Source: Clostridia bacterium (GTDB lineage Bacteria > Bacillota > Clostridia > TANB77 > UBA1234). From it: a stretch of DNA of 64,000 nucleotides. Location of the stretch: assembly GCA_017469565.1 (NCBI GenBank), contig JAFUGC010000051.1, forward strand, positions 11,470 to 75,469, in the 5' to 3' direction. The first letter of the stretch is position 1, and each line of letters opens with the position of its first letter. Shown here one piece after another: positions 27,058-38,347 of the stretch. The notes under the pieces were generated by a model, which saw only the letters and a list, made by a program, of their open reading frames with translations, did not search any database and was not told where the DNA came from. A program made the translations under genes and the position numbers.

Positions 27058-27729
27058 GTGATAAATTATAGCGAAAATAACATCATCACACTTATTGGTA
27101 CTATCGTTTCAGATAGGAGATTTAGTCACGAGGTGTACGGAGAGGGATTTTATAGTTTTGATATTGAAGTTCCTAGATTAAGTGATAACAGTGATATCAT
27201 TCCTGTTACAGTATCTGAAAGGATTTTGACTGACGAATACGCTATAGGACAAAAGGTTGTTATTGATGGACAATTTAGGTCATATAACAATTATGAGAAT
27301 GAAAAAAATAAATTGGTTTTAACGGTATTTGCGAAGGACATTAAAATATTTGAACCTGGAGATGAAGAGATTTCTAATCCAAATGAAATTTGTTTGACTG
27401 GTTTTATTTGCAAGAAACCTATTTATAGGACAACACCTTTTGGAAGAGAAATTGCGGATATTTTACTTGCAGTAAATAGAGCGTATAATAAATCTGATTA
27501 CATACCATGTATTACTTGGGGTAGAAATGCAAGATATTGCCAAAATATTCAGGTTGGTGAAAAGGTAAGGCTTTGGGGCAGAATCCAAAGCAGACAATAT
27601 GAAAAGAAATTTGAAAATGGAACTTCAGAGATAAGAAGAGCATATGAAGTTTCTGTATCAAAGATGGAAATAGAAAAAGATATGGAAAGTATGAATGAAG
27701 ATAGCAATTCCGAGGAGCAAAATGCGTAA
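27058..27729 (+). CDS. Tandem OB-fold single-stranded-DNA-binding-family protein (GTG start)
   Basis: Two SSB-like OB units (NIITLIGTIVSDRRFSH... and ICLTGFICKKPIYRTTPFGREIADILLAVNR...WGRIQSRQYE) and an acidic tail without the canonical DDDIPF end. Confidence 0.55.
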   Translation: MINYSENNIITLIGTIVSDRRFSHEVYGEGFYSFDIEVPRLSDNSDIIPVTVSERILTDEYAIGQKVVIDGQFRSYNNYENEKNKLVLTVFAKDIKIFEPGDEEISNPNEICLTGFICKKPIYRTTPFGREIADILLAVNRAYNKSDYIPCITWGRNARYCQNIQVGEKVRLWGRIQSRQYEKKFENGTSEIRRAYEVSVSKMEIEKDMESMNEDSNSEEQNA

Positions 27730-27768
27730 TATTTCATAATAATCATCCTCTGTTAAGGGCTAGGTAAG

Positions 27769-27797
27769 ATGTAATGGAGTCTTGCCTAGTCTTTTTT
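27769..27797 (+). terminator. Probable intrinsic terminator
   Basis: CTAGGTAAG / CTTGCCTAG stem (one G-U pair) followed by TCTTTTTT. Confidence 0.5.
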
Positions 27798-27857
27798 ATG
27801 TTTACAAAACCTTTGAAATGAGATAACATAGATAGATGAGATGGTGGAGGTGCTGTT

Positions 27858-28484
27858 ATGAAAGAGGAAGAAAGAGAAAGATTACTAGAACTTAGTAAGT
27901 ATGAAAAAGAGTATTATGAGAAAGGCTTTACACATATTGCAGGAATTGATGAGGCAGGACGCGGACCACTAGCAGGTCCCGTAGTGGCTGCTGCAGTTAT
28001 TTTGCCAAAGGGGTGTTTGATTGAAGGAGTAAATGACTCTAAAAAGGTTTCGGAAAAGAAAAGGGAAAAGCTTTATGATGATATTATAGAGAATGCTGTG
28101 GCTTGGGGAGTGGGTATTGTAGATAACAATGTGATTGATGAGATAAACATTTTGGAAGCTACTAGAAAAGCTATGCATGAGGCAGTTCAGAATTTACAAG
28201 TGAAACCAGACTATATTTTGATAGATGCTGAAAAAAAAGTGGATACCAATGGGATTCCCTATTTGCCAATTATTAAAGGAGATGCTCTTAGTATTTCTAT
28301 TGCAGCTGCATCTATTATTGCAAAAGTCACAAGGGATAGAATGATGCGTGAATATGATAAGGTTTTTCCAGCTTATGGGTTTGAAAAACATAAGGGATAT
28401 GGCACAAAGGCGCATCTTGATGCTATTAGAGAAAACGGGATTTGCATGATTCATAGGAAGACATTTTTAAAGAAATTTATTTGA
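27858..28484 (+). CDS. rnhB: Ribonuclease HII
   Basis: [27 protein letters not shown] and the C-terminal HRKTF motif. Confidence 0.92.
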   Translation: MKEEERERLLELSKYEKEYYEKGFTHIAGIDEAGRGPLAGPVVAAAVILPKGCLIEGVNDSKKVSEKKREKLYDDIIENAVAWGVGIVDNNVIDEINILEATRKAMHEAVQNLQVKPDYILIDAEKKVDTNGIPYLPIIKGDALSISIAAASIIAKVTRDRMMREYDKVFPAYGFEKHKGYGTKAHLDAIRENGICMIHRKTFLKKFI

Positions 28485-28587
28485 GGAAAAAAGGATTAAC
28501 TTTTTCTCTCCAAATGTTACAATTGTGTTACAAATATTGACTTTGATGGAAAAAGTAGTTAAAATAGGAGTGTAAAAGAGGGTTTTT

Positions 28588-29142
28588 ATGCGTATTGTTG
28601 CAGGAAAAAGAAAAGGCTTAATCATTAAAACCATTGAGGGTGAGTCAACTAGGCCTACTAGAGATATGGTAAGAGAAGCCTTATTTAGCATATTAACAAA
28701 TGATATTATGGATGCAAGATTTTTGGATTTATTTGCAGGTAGTGGTGCAATTGGAATTGAGGCATTAAGCCGTGGTGCACAGCTAGCTGTGTTTTCTGAC
28801 TTGAATCCTAAGTGTACAAAAGTAATCAAAGAAAATATTGAAAAGGCAAATTTCACGGAAGAATCCAGCGTTTATACGGCTGATTATAAAACTGTCTTAA
28901 AAAAGTTAAAAGAAAGTAAAAGTGAGTTTGACATCATATTTATTGATCCGCCATACCATAAGGGACTAGGAATTGATTCTATTTATCAAATTTCAGAATA
29001 TGGTATTTTGGCTAAGAATGGTATTATCATCTTTGAAACTGATACAAATGAGGAAGTGCCTGAGGTAATTGGGGACTTTATAAGATATAACTACAAAAGA
29101 TACGGAAGGAATATGTTGAATTTATTTAAACGAAAGGGGTAA
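28588..29142 (+). CDS. rsmD: 16S rRNA (guanine966-N2)-methyltransferase RsmD
   Basis: MRIVAGKRKG...TRPTRDMVREALFSIL, DLFAGSGAIGIEALSRGA and FIDPPY. Confidence 0.9.
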   Translation: MRIVAGKRKGLIIKTIEGESTRPTRDMVREALFSILTNDIMDARFLDLFAGSGAIGIEALSRGAQLAVFSDLNPKCTKVIKENIEKANFTEESSVYTADYKTVLKKLKESKSEFDIIFIDPPYHKGLGIDSIYQISEYGILAKNGIIIFETDTNEEVPEVIGDFIRYNYKRYGRNMLNLFKRKG

Positions 29143-29148
29143 CGCATT

Positions 29149-29586
29149 ATGGAGGTGCTAACTTTATTGGAAACAATTGAAGATATGCTTTCAAGAAGTA
29201 CCAATATACCTTTTACTAACAAATCTCTTGTAGATAAAGAAGAAATCATGTCAGTTGTAAGTGAAATAAAATTAAAATTACCAGATGAATTAAAACAGGC
29301 AAAATGGGTAAAAGAGGAGAGACAAAAGATCTTAGTTGATGCGCAAAAAGAAGCAAATCAGCTTATTAAGGAAGCAGAAAACAGAATTATTGCTATGATA
29401 GATGAGCATGAAATTACCAAAAAAGCTTATGAACAAAAAACAGAAATCATTGATAGTGCAAATGCTTTTTCTAAGGATTTAATAGATGGAACCAAAAAAT
29501 ATGCTGATGAAATATTGGCAGAACTTGAGAAAAATCTTGAAGAAAAATTAGAAGTAATCAAGGATAATAGAAAAGAACTTAAATAA
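29149..29586 (+). CDS. Hypothetical coiled-coil protein (ATP-synthase-b/V-ATPase-G-like heptads)
   Basis: Lys/Glu-rich helical sequence (KQAKWVKEERQKILVDAQKEANQLIKEAENRI), 145 aa. Its start overlaps the rsmD end region. Confidence 0.5.
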   Translation: MEVLTLLETIEDMLSRSTNIPFTNKSLVDKEEIMSVVSEIKLKLPDELKQAKWVKEERQKILVDAQKEANQLIKEAENRIIAMIDEHEITKKAYEQKTEIIDSANAFSKDLIDGTKKYADEILAELEKNLEEKLEVIKDNRKELK

Positions 29587-29591
29587 TCAAT

Positions 29592-29628
29592 AACGCACGG
29601 ATAGAGAAACTTCTTCCGTGCGTTTTTT
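29592..29628 (+). terminator. Intrinsic terminator
   Basis: AACGCACGGA / TCCGTGCGTT stem followed by a T-run. Confidence 0.8.
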
Positions 29629-29662
29629 CGTCAATTAAGGACGTCCCCCATTGACGGGCCGG
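29629..29662. repeat. Palindromic intergenic repeat unit CGTCAAT-n-GGACGTCC-n-ATTGACGG (same family as 51389-51550)
   Basis: CGTCAATTAAGGACGTCCCCCATTGACGGGCCGG read directly. It shares the CGTCAA/TTGACGG arms and the GGACGTCC core with the 51.4-kb array. Confidence 0.6.
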
Positions 29663-29748
29663 ATAATGAAAATTGATTGTTATCCTGTAAGTTCATCTTG
29701 CAATTAAAAATTCATTGCGGTAAGATATTATATGAGGTGATATGCAAA

Positions 29749-32235
29749 GTGGCTAGAAGAAAAAAGAAAAAGCAATCAGAAGTGAGTATCAATGTTGCAT
29801 CAGTTTTGTTAATTCTTTTTGGTGTAATATTATCTATTTTTGTATATGGAAATGAAGCGGGGCTTGTTGGAACTTTTATTAAGAGTGTCATGCTTGGTTG
29901 TATTGGAAATGTGATGTACGCTGTTCCAGTGGTTCTAGTGTTTTTAGGAATATATGTTGTTTTTAGAGATTTTTCAAGGCTTAAGGTGAAATCTTTTTTA
30001 GTTGTTGCTCTTATTTTCTTAGCAGCAGCAATTATTTCTACCTTTAAAGGTCCTTTAGAATATATTAGTAATTTGGAAAATTCGGGAGAACTTTCTACCT
30101 CTTTACTTTCTTATATTACGGTTTGGTGCCAGATGGGTACGGAAGGAATTGGTGGTGGATTGATTGGCTGTGCCATTGTGGCTGCTCTTAGGTTTTGCTT
30201 TGGTATGGTGGCAACAAAGGTTATTTTATGGGCACTTGCTGCTATCCTTGCATCGGTTATGACTGGCATTACCCTTTCTGCCATTATTATTGCGGCAAAG
30301 GAATCGGTTACGGATATTGTGGAAACTGCAAAAGATGAATATGCTTTAAGGAGTGAACAAGCACAAAAGAACGCAAAGAGTAGAGCAAAAGCCAAAAAAG
30401 CTGGTAATAGTGAAAAGTTTAAGAGAATTGTTGCTCAAAATGATATTAATGAAACGGCAGAGCAATTGCATTTTGAGTTAGATGATGATGAAGAATATGA
30501 GGATGATTCTTATGAGGAAGAGGAAGAATACAATGAAGACTATGAAGAAGATGAATTAGATGGCATTCAAGGTTTAGAAGATGACGAAGATAGTGAAGAG
30601 ATAGATGATGAGGAAGCACAAAGATTAAGTGAGGCAAAAGAACAGGCAAAACAAAATGTCAAAGAATTGTTTTCTAAAAAGAAACCAAATGCAGAGAAAG
30701 AGGATAATAGTGCTGAGGTTTTGAATTTGGAACATGAAACAGAAGAAGAATACGAAAATTATGAGTTTCCTGATATTGAACTGCTAAATGAAGCCAAAAA
30801 GTCTGGAAGAGATTATTCTACTAAAGAGCTAAAAGATATTGCTATTAAACTTCAAAAAACACTTGCAAGTTTTGGTGTGGAAGCAAAAGTAACAAATGTG
30901 ACTAGAGGACCAACAGTTACTAGATATGAACTTCAGCCTAGTGTGGGAGTAAAGGTAAGTAAGATATTGAATTTATCTGATGATATTGCCTTAAACCTTG
31001 CAGCAAGGTCTATTAGAATTGAGGCACCAATCCCTGGAAAGTCTGCTGTGGGTATTGAGGTGCCTAATAAATCTACAGATACCGTTACTCTTCGTGAGGT
31101 GATTGAATCTGATGCTTTTGAAAATGCAAAGTCTAAGGCATCGTTTGCACTAGGAAAATCGATTGATGGAGAGCCATATATTGCTGATATTTCTAAGATG
31201 CCTCACATGTTGATTTCAGGAAGTACTGGTTCTGGTAAGAGTGTTTGTATTAACTCTATTATTATGAGTATTTTGTATAAAGCTAAACCAAATGAAGTAA
31301 AGCTAATATTGATAGACCCTAAAGTGGTTGAGCTTGGTGTGTATAATGGAATTCCACATCTTTTAATTCCAGTAGTAACAGATCCAAAGAAGGCCGCAGG
31401 CGCTTTAAATTGGGCGGTTCAGGAGATGGTTACTCGTTATAACAAGTTTGCAGAAAAAGGTGTTAGGGATATCAAAGGGTATAATGAAATGCTAGAGCGT
31501 GAGGGTGAAACTTCTAAGATGCCTCAGATTGTCATTATTGTAGATGAGCTTGCAGATTTGATGATGGTTGCTCCAAATGATGTGGAGGATGCTATTTGTA
31601 GACTTGCTCAGATGGCAAGAGCTGCGGGAATGTATTTAATTATTGCCACACAAAGACCTTCTGTGGATGTCATCACGGGTATTATTAAGGCAAATATTCC
31701 ATCGCGTATTGCATTTACGGTTTCCTCTCAGGTTGATTCTAGAACTATTCTTGATATGGCAGGTGCTGAAAAACTTCTTGGTAGGGGTGATATGTTATTC
31801 CTTCCAATTGGTGAAGCAAAACCAATTAGGCTTCAGGGGGCATTTGTATCAGATGCGGAAATAGAAAGTGTAGTAGAGGCAGTGAAGGAAAGTACTCCTG
31901 CTGTGTATAGTGAAAATATCATGGAGAAAATTGCAAAAGCTGATGCACCAGCTTCTTCTGGTGATACTGATGATTGTGATGAACTTTTGACAGATGCCAT
32001 TAAACTTGCCGTGGATATGGGACAAGTTTCGGCATCAATGATTCAGAGAAAATTTAAAGTTGGTTATGCAAGGGCTGGTAGAATTGTTGACCAAATGGAA
32101 GAAAGAGGAATCATTTCTGGTTCTAGAGGTTCAAAACCAAGAGAAGTTTTGATTTCCAAAGAAGAGTGGGAAGAAATGAATGAACAAGGCGAAATGTATG
32201 TCAGCGAAGACGAGGAGGAAGAAACAGAAGAATAA
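29749..32235 (+). CDS. ftsK: DNA translocase FtsK/SpoIIIE (GTG start)
   Basis: N-terminal TM helices, a highly acidic linker, the motor domain with GSTGSGKSV and [13 protein letters not shown], and a C-terminal gamma (winged-helix) domain. Confidence 0.93.
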   Translation: MARRKKKKQSEVSINVASVLLILFGVILSIFVYGNEAGLVGTFIKSVMLGCIGNVMYAVPVVLVFLGIYVVFRDFSRLKVKSFLVVALIFLAAAIISTFKGPLEYISNLENSGELSTSLLSYITVWCQMGTEGIGGGLIGCAIVAALRFCFGMVATKVILWALAAILASVMTGITLSAIIIAAKESVTDIVETAKDEYALRSEQAQKNAKSRAKAKKAGNSEKFKRIVAQNDINETAEQLHFELDDDEEYEDDSYEEEEEYNEDYEEDELDGIQGLEDDEDSEEIDDEEAQRLSEAKEQAKQNVKELFSKKKPNAEKEDNSAEVLNLEHETEEEYENYEFPDIELLNEAKKSGRDYSTKELKDIAIKLQKTLASFGVEAKVTNVTRGPTVTRYELQPSVGVKVSKILNLSDDIALNLAARSIRIEAPIPGKSAVGIEVPNKSTDTVTLREVIESDAFENAKSKASFALGKSIDGEPYIADISKMPHMLISGSTGSGKSVCINSIIMSILYKAKPNEVKLILIDPKVVELGVYNGIPHLLIPVVTDPKKAAGALNWAVQEMVTRYNKFAEKGVRDIKGYNEMLEREGETSKMPQIVIIVDELADLMMVAPNDVEDAICRLAQMARAAGMYLIIATQRPSVDVITGIIKANIPSRIAFTVSSQVDSRTILDMAGAEKLLGRGDMLFLPIGEAKPIRLQGAFVSDAEIESVVEAVKESTPAVYSENIMEKIAKADAPASSGDTDDCDELLTDAIKLAVDMGQVSASMIQRKFKVGYARAGRIVDQMEERGIISGSRGSKPREVLISKEEWEEMNEQGEMYVSEDEEEETEE

Positions 32236-32246
32236 GGAGGATACAA

Positions 32247-33887
32247 ATGAAAATTACTTTTTTAGGAGCCACCAAAACGGTTACGGGTTCGAATATTTTG
32301 GTAGAGACCAAAGATAAAAAGTTTATCATGGATTGTGGATTATATCAGGGACAGCAAAAGGAAATTATGCTTAACTCTGATGAGTTCTTATTTGACCCAA
32401 AGGAAATTGATTTTATGCTTTTATCACATGCACACATTGACCATTCAGGAAGAATTCCTAAGTTGTATGTAGAAGGCTACAGAGGACCAATTTATGCTAC
32501 CAAGGCCACATGTGATTTGTGTGAAATTATGCTGCCGGATAGTGGATACATTCAGGAATCTGAAATTGAGTGGTTAAATAGAAAAAGGAGAAGAGAGGGA
32601 AAACATCCTCTTCCTCCACTTTATACCTATAATGATGCAATTGATTCCTTGGCTTTACTAGAAAGAGTTCAGTATGATGAGACATTTCAGATTGATCAAA
32701 ATATTAGAGTAAGATTTAGAGATGCAGGGCATATGCTTGGTTCTGCCATTATTGAAGTTTGGGTAAGAGAAGATGGAAAGGAACAAAAAATCGTTTTCAC
32801 GGGTGACCTTGGCAATAATGATATTCCACTTTTAAGAGAACATTCTATTATTGATGAAGCGGATATTTTGATTATGGAATCAACATACGGAAATAGGGTT
32901 CATGATGAAAGAGTAGATAAGGCAGAAGAGTTTTTGGACATTGTTTCGAAAACACTTGAAAGAGGTGGAAATGTTGTTATTCCATCCTTTGCAGTTGGTA
33001 GAACACAAGAGATTTTGTATGAGATTCAGAAGAGTAAACAAAGTGAGGATCAAAAATTTAGGCAAGAATTTGATGAAATTATGGATGCTCCCGTTTATGT
33101 GGATAGTCCTCTTGCAACATCGGCTACAGAAGTCTTCTTAGAGAATTTGGATTGCCTTGATGAGTACGTTCAAGAAGATATTCGAGAGGGAAGAAAGCCG
33201 CTTGATTTTCATGGACTTCGTTTCACAAAATCGGTTGATGAATCAAAAGAATTAAATGAAACGGTGAATAGGTCTATCATTATTTCTGCTAGTGGTATGT
33301 GTGAAGTTGGAAGAATTAAGCATCATTTAAAACATAACTTATGGAGAAAAGAAAGCACCATTTTATTTGTTGGTTATCAGGCTCTTGGTACACTGGGAAG
33401 AAAAATTGTAGATGGAGCCAAGATAGTGAAAATATTTGGTGAAGAAATTGGCGTGAATGCGGAAGTTAGGTATATTGAAGCGTTTTCAGGACATGCTGAT
33501 AAAAATGGCTTATTAAACTTTGTGGAAACTTTTTCTAATAGACCAAAGCAGGTTTATTTGGTTCATGGTGATGAAGATGCACAGTTAGAGCTTGCGGGAG
33601 AAATCAAAGATAGATTTGGTATTCCGGTGGAGATTCCTAACCGTGGAGATGTTTATGAAATAGATGCAGAAAGAATTAGAAAAGCAGCAGAGCTTAGATC
33701 TCCTAATGAGAATCAATATATTAGGTTGGAAGTACTTGAGAAGATGGATACTCTTCGTGAAGAGTTGGAAGAGATGACATCAATTGTAAGCACGGATTTG
33801 AAACAAGAAACGAATGATGAGAAAGTAAAAGAGATTGTAGAGAAATTAAAAGTGCTTGAACAGCAGATAGTGGAAATTTTGAAATAA
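32247..33887 (+). CDS. MBL-fold beta-CASP family RNA-metabolising hydrolase
   Basis: LLSHAHIDHSGRIP, beta-CASP motifs (TGDLG, ESTYG) and C-terminal FSGHAD...VHGD. Confidence 0.8.
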   Translation: MKITFLGATKTVTGSNILVETKDKKFIMDCGLYQGQQKEIMLNSDEFLFDPKEIDFMLLSHAHIDHSGRIPKLYVEGYRGPIYATKATCDLCEIMLPDSGYIQESEIEWLNRKRRREGKHPLPPLYTYNDAIDSLALLERVQYDETFQIDQNIRVRFRDAGHMLGSAIIEVWVREDGKEQKIVFTGDLGNNDIPLLREHSIIDEADILIMESTYGNRVHDERVDKAEEFLDIVSKTLERGGNVVIPSFAVGRTQEILYEIQKSKQSEDQKFRQEFDEIMDAPVYVDSPLATSATEVFLENLDCLDEYVQEDIREGRKPLDFHGLRFTKSVDESKELNETVNRSIIISASGMCEVGRIKHHLKHNLWRKESTILFVGYQALGTLGRKIVDGAKIVKIFGEEIGVNAEVRYIEAFSGHADKNGLLNFVETFSNRPKQVYLVHGDEDAQLELAGEIKDRFGIPVEIPNRGDVYEIDAERIRKAAELRSPNENQYIRLEVLEKMDTLREELEEMTSIVSTDLKQETNDEKVKEIVEKLKVLEQQIVEILK

Positions 33888-33890
33888 AAA

Positions 33891-33940
33891 AGAAGAAGCG
33901 AACAAAAAGGTTGTGCCGAATTGTTCGCTTCTTCTTTTTT
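33891..33940. terminator. Bidirectional terminator
   Basis: AGAAGAAGCGAACAA / TTGTTCGCTTCTTCT stem flanked by an A-run and a T-run. Confidence 0.8.
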
Positions 33941-33943
33941 GAA

Positions 33944-34321
33944 TTACATGGTTTGTTTTCCAGGCACGATTGATGCGACAATTCCATAAATTAATGCACC
34001 AACAATGGCGGAAATCCAACTGATTGTGTATCCTGCTACGAAAAATTGAGTAGCATATAGTACTACTACTGAAACAACAAAACCTATGATACCTCTACCA
34101 AATGGTGTTGCATCTACACCGATTACCATATTGATTAAATAATCCATAACAGCAAGTACAACGGCTGCTAAAAGTAATGTCCATAATGATGCAATTTCAA
34201 ATCCCGGTGTGAAAAAAGCTGTGACAGCAAGTACAATTGCAGAAGTGATGAATCTTGCAATAATACTACCAACACTCATTTGGTTGGAAGAGTTTTTCGC
34301 TTTATTATTATCCACTTTCAT
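33944..34321 (-). CDS. DUF360 / phage-holin-4-superfamily-like small membrane protein (YvlD-like); start uncertain (ATG 34321 or GTG 34315)
   Basis: Four predicted TM helices. AAGGAGG lies inside the longer ORF in the track, so the 34336 start is unlikely. Confidence 0.6.
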   Translation of the reverse strand: MKVDNNKAKNSSNQMSVGSIIARFITSAIVLAVTAFFTPGFEIASLWTLLLAAVVLAVMDYLINMVIGVDATPFGRGIIGFVVSVVVLYATQFFVAGYTISWISAIVGALIYGIVASIVPGKQTM

Positions 34322-34467
34322 AAACCTCCTTTTCATTCATGTATATTATCATTATTTTCAATAATCCAAAAAATATACAATGATTTGAATTTTTGTTCTA
34401 AAGTCTATCGTGGTTATTATGAGTAAAATTTTATTTTTTATACATAATAAATACGAGGTGGTTTCTT

Positions 34468-35148
34468 TTGGCTACAATATTTATTAAAACGATTATTATT
34501 TATCTTCTTGTATTAATTGCTGTTAGGCTCATGGGCAAAAGAGAGCTTGGACAATTGCAACCTTTTGAACTGGTTGTGCTTATTATGATTGCAGATGTTG
34601 CAAGTGTCCCAATGGAGGAGATTGGAATGCCAATTTTGCAAGGTGCCATTCCAATTTTTGCTTTGCTTGTGGGGGAGCTTGTGCTATCTTATTTGAATAT
34701 TAAATTTCCCTTTTTTCACAAATTAATTTCAGGAAAGCCAGCAGTTTTAATTGCGAAAGGAAAGATCATGGAAAAGAATTTGAGTAAGCAAAGATATTCG
34801 ATTGATGATTTATTGGAACAAATTAGAGTGGCTGGATATTCCGATATAAGAGATGTGGATTATGCAATCTTAGAGATGAGCGGAGAAATTAGTATTATTC
34901 CTAAAAATGAAAAAAATAATGTAACACTAGAAGATTTAAATCTTACCAAAGAGTATGTTGGCTATTCTAGAATTATCATTATGGATGGAGTTCTTTATGA
35001 GAGTAATCTTATTTCGCTTGGCTATGAAAAGAATTGGTTGGAGAAAAAGTTGAAAGAAAATAATTTGCGTATAGAAGATACCCTTCTTTTTATGGCAGAT
35101 GAATCCGGCAATACTTATTGTCAGGGAAAAAGATTAAAAAATGAATGA
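34468..35148 (+). CDS. DUF421 (YetF-like) membrane protein (TTG start)
   Basis: AVRLMGKRELGQLQPFELVVLIMIADVAS followed by a C-terminal soluble domain. Typical of spore-former YetF paralogues. Confidence 0.75.
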   Translation: MATIFIKTIIIYLLVLIAVRLMGKRELGQLQPFELVVLIMIADVASVPMEEIGMPILQGAIPIFALLVGELVLSYLNIKFPFFHKLISGKPAVLIAKGKIMEKNLSKQRYSIDDLLEQIRVAGYSDIRDVDYAILEMSGEISIIPKNEKNNVTLEDLNLTKEYVGYSRIIIMDGVLYESNLISLGYEKNWLEKKLKENNLRIEDTLLFMADESGNTYCQGKRLKNE

Positions 35149-35205
35149 CTTTTATAAAGTAGATGATATCTTTTTGAAAAATGTTAAGGGGGAACACTAA
35201 GTAAA

Positions 35206-35586
35206 ATGAAAGATTGGATTATTGTCATTACCATCATTGCCATTGTTTTTGGCGGAAATTATTTGATGAAAAGTTATTTAGATAAAACAGGGCATGAGAT
35301 GATTGCGGAGGTAGAAAAATTATCTGCGGGGCTTGAAACAGACACGGAGGAAGAAAAATATCAGAATGTTGAGGAGATTAAGAAGAAGTGGGATGAGGCT
35401 CAGAAAATTTGGATTATGTTTCAATATCATGAAAATGTGAATGCGATGGAAGATTTGCTTTTAAGTTGTTGTAATTATTATATTGATTCTGACAGGACAG
35501 AGTTTAATATTAACTTGGACCATTTTAAGAGGAATGTGGAAGATTTAAAAAATAGGATGGAAGTATCACTTGTCAATATCATGTAA
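35206..35586 (+). CDS. DUF4363-like small membrane-anchored protein
   Basis: One TM helix plus a helical domain. It sits directly after a DUF421 gene, which is the usual pairing. Confidence 0.55.
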   Translation: MKDWIIVITIIAIVFGGNYLMKSYLDKTGHEMIAEVEKLSAGLETDTEEEKYQNVEEIKKKWDEAQKIWIMFQYHENVNAMEDLLLSCCNYYIDSDRTEFNINLDHFKRNVEDLKNRMEVSLVNIM

Positions 35587-35722
35587 GGGAATGCATCATT
35601 TCTCTTTTCATAAAATACTTGAGTATATGGTTATTTTGTTATAGAATATTTTTAGTGTATGATGGAACTTGTAAACATTATATGATATGAAGTATTGCAA
35701 GAGGAGAGGAGGAGTTATCGCT

Positions 35723-38347
35723 ATGGCTCAATCTAAAAATAGTATCAATGAAAAACAAAAGTCGATAGAGCAAGAATTAAAAGAAAACAGTAAGCTAGAA
35801 GTGGAAAAATTATTTGAAAAACTAAACACCTCTTATGCGGGAATCAGTATTGTTGATTTAGAAGATAGGCTAGAAGAGTATGGTAAAAATACAATTGAAA
35901 TTAAAGATGAAAATACGTTATGGCATAGGATCAAAGAGGCAACCATTAATCCTTTTAATATTGTGCTCATTATTGTTGCTTTCATCACCTTATTTACGGA
36001 TGTCATTTTATCTTCTGAAAAAGACTATGCTACTTTTATTTTGATTGTCAGTGTTATCCTGGTATCTGCAGTGATTTCGTTTAGAGAGCAAACCAAATCA
36101 GATAATGCGGCAAAAAAATTAAAGAAATTGATTACCAACCAGATGGAAGTCATCAGAGATGAAGTGCAGTACACAGAAGATATTGAAAATATAGTTCCCG
36201 GGGATATTGTGAAACTTTCCTCTGGGGATATGATTCCGGGTGATGTGAGGTTTTTAGAGGTAAAGGATTTATTCATTGACCAGGCATCGCTTACTGGGGA
36301 GTCTAACCCTGTGGAAAAGTTCAGCATTTTTAAGGGTGATGAAGATATCACGGATATTTCTAATGTTGGCTTTATGGGAACGAATATTGTCAGTGGAAGT
36401 GCTACTGCGGTTGTACTTGCCACTGGAAATAACACTTATTTTGGTAGTATGGCAAAATCTATGTATAGTGTGAACCCAAAAAATAGTTTTGAAAAAGGTG
36501 TAGATGATATCAGTAAACTTTTGATTAAGTTTATGCTTGTCATGGTGCCAATTATTATTATCATCAACTGTTTCACCAAGAATGATTTATTATCTTCCAT
36601 TGTATTTGCTATCACGATTGCGGTGGGATTAACACCAGAAATGCTTCCTGTGATTATGACTTCTACTCTTGCCAAGGGTGCGGTAGAAATGTCTAAAAAG
36701 AAAACCATTGTGAAGAGGCTGAGTGCCATTCAGACTTTTGGACAGATGAATATTTTGTGTACAGATAAAACGGGAACCTTGACAGAAGATGAAGTAGTTC
36801 TTGAAAAATATATGGATGTGTACGGAAATGAGAGTCTTAGAATATTAAGACATGCTTTCTTAAATAGTTACTTCCAAACAGGATTAAAGAACTTGATAGA
36901 CGTTGCTATTATTAGAAGAGCAGAAAAAGAAAAATTAAATATATTAAAAGAAAAGTATGTAAGAGAAGATGAGATTCCATTTGACTTTACCAGAAGAAGA
37001 ATGAGTGTAGTGCTAAGAGATGAAAATGGGAAACGCCAACTGATTACCAAAGGTGCGGTGGATGAGATTATTTCAATCTGTTCTTATATTGATTTAGATG
37101 GAACGGCAGTAGAATTTACAGAGGAATTGAAGCAGCAGGCATATAAGGTATATGAAGAACATAATACGGCGGGTCTTAGAGTATTAGGCGTTGCACAAAA
37201 AAATGAAATTCATGATGTGGAAACGTTTGGTGTGCAAGATGAAAGCAATATGGTTCTAATTGGTTTTGTTGGATTCCTAGATCCTCCAAAGGAAAGTGCA
37301 GCAGGAGCGATTGCAGCATTAAAAAGTCATAATGTGGATACAGTGGTACTAACAGGTGATAGTGAAGGAGTGGCTGTAAACGTTTGTAAGAAGGTTGGCA
37401 TTTCGGTTGAAAATAGATTAACAGGAAAACAGATTGAAGAATTATCAGATGAAGAACTAAAAGAGAAGGCAAAAGAGTGTCATCTATATTCAAAACTTTC
37501 TCCTCTTCAAAAGCAGAGAATCATCAGGATTTATCAGGAAAGTGGCAATACGGTTGGGTACATGGGAGATGGAATTAATGATAGCCCTCCACTAAAACAA
37601 GCAGATGTTGGCATTTCTGTTGATACAGCAGTTGATATCTCAAAGGAAACAGCGGATATTATCTTGCTAGAAAAAGATTTAAATGTGCTTGAGGAAGGTG
37701 TCATTAATGGTAGAAAAACTTTCACGAACCTTCTAAAGTATATTAAAATGGCTACTAGCGGAAATTTTGGAAACATGTTATCTGTCATCATTGCAAGCAT
37801 TTTCCTTCCATTTTTACCAATGCTTCCGGTTCATATTTTAGTACAAAACTTACTCAATGATTTTGCACAAATTGGAATGCCATTTGATAATGTGGATGAC
37901 GAAAATATCAGAAATCCAAAATCATGGGATACAAAGGGAATCAAGAAGTTTATGTTTGCCTTTGGCATTATCAGTACTCTGTTAGATATTGTTTGCTTTA
38001 TTGTTTTGTGGAAGGTATTCCAGTTTAACAGTGTGGAAAAAGCAGTACTATTCCAGAGCGGATGGTTTGTGTTTGGTATCCTTTCACAGACGATGATTAT
38101 TCACATGATTAGAACGAGTAAGATACCATTCTTTGAAAGTAAATCCTCAAAAGAATTATTAATTTCTACTTTTTTGATTGTTGCTATTGCGTTAGTCATT
38201 TCCTTTACGAATATTGCAGGAATATTCGATTTAAGCAGGCTACCACTTAGTTATCTAGCATGGATGGCATTTTTGATGGCAATTTATATTTTGATTATTC
38301 AAGGGTATAAGAAAATTTATATTAAGAAAAATGGGGAATGGCTATAA
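35723..38347 (+). CDS. mgtA: Magnesium-translocating P-type ATPase MgtA
   Basis: CTDKTGTLT, TGES and MGDGINDSPPLKQADVGISVDTAVDISKETADIILLEK. RBS GGAGGAG before ATG 35723. Confidence 0.92.
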   Translation: MAQSKNSINEKQKSIEQELKENSKLEVEKLFEKLNTSYAGISIVDLEDRLEEYGKNTIEIKDENTLWHRIKEATINPFNIVLIIVAFITLFTDVILSSEKDYATFILIVSVILVSAVISFREQTKSDNAAKKLKKLITNQMEVIRDEVQYTEDIENIVPGDIVKLSSGDMIPGDVRFLEVKDLFIDQASLTGESNPVEKFSIFKGDEDITDISNVGFMGTNIVSGSATAVVLATGNNTYFGSMAKSMYSVNPKNSFEKGVDDISKLLIKFMLVMVPIIIIINCFTKNDLLSSIVFAITIAVGLTPEMLPVIMTSTLAKGAVEMSKKKTIVKRLSAIQTFGQMNILCTDKTGTLTEDEVVLEKYMDVYGNESLRILRHAFLNSYFQTGLKNLIDVAIIRRAEKEKLNILKEKYVREDEIPFDFTRRRMSVVLRDENGKRQLITKGAVDEIISICSYIDLDGTAVEFTEELKQQAYKVYEEHNTAGLRVLGVAQKNEIHDVETFGVQDESNMVLIGFVGFLDPPKESAAGAIAALKSHNVDTVVLTGDSEGVAVNVCKKVGISVENRLTGKQIEELSDEELKEKAKECHLYSKLSPLQKQRIIRIYQESGNTVGYMGDGINDSPPLKQADVGISVDTAVDISKETADIILLEKDLNVLEEGVINGRKTFTNLLKYIKMATSGNFGNMLSVIIASIFLPFLPMLPVHILVQNLLNDFAQIGMPFDNVDDENIRNPKSWDTKGIKKFMFAFGIISTLLDIVCFIVLWKVFQFNSVEKAVLFQSGWFVFGILSQTMIIHMIRTSKIPFFESKSSKELLISTFLIVAIALVISFTNIAGIFDLSRLPLSYLAWMAFLMAIYILIIQGYKKIYIKKNGEWL

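Noticed and set aside
35587-35722. An M-box (Mg) riboswitch upstream of mgtA.
   Set aside because: The intergenic leader is only about 135 nt including the promoter, and I cannot recognise the conserved M-box helices or loops by eye. This would need a covariance-model search before any claim.
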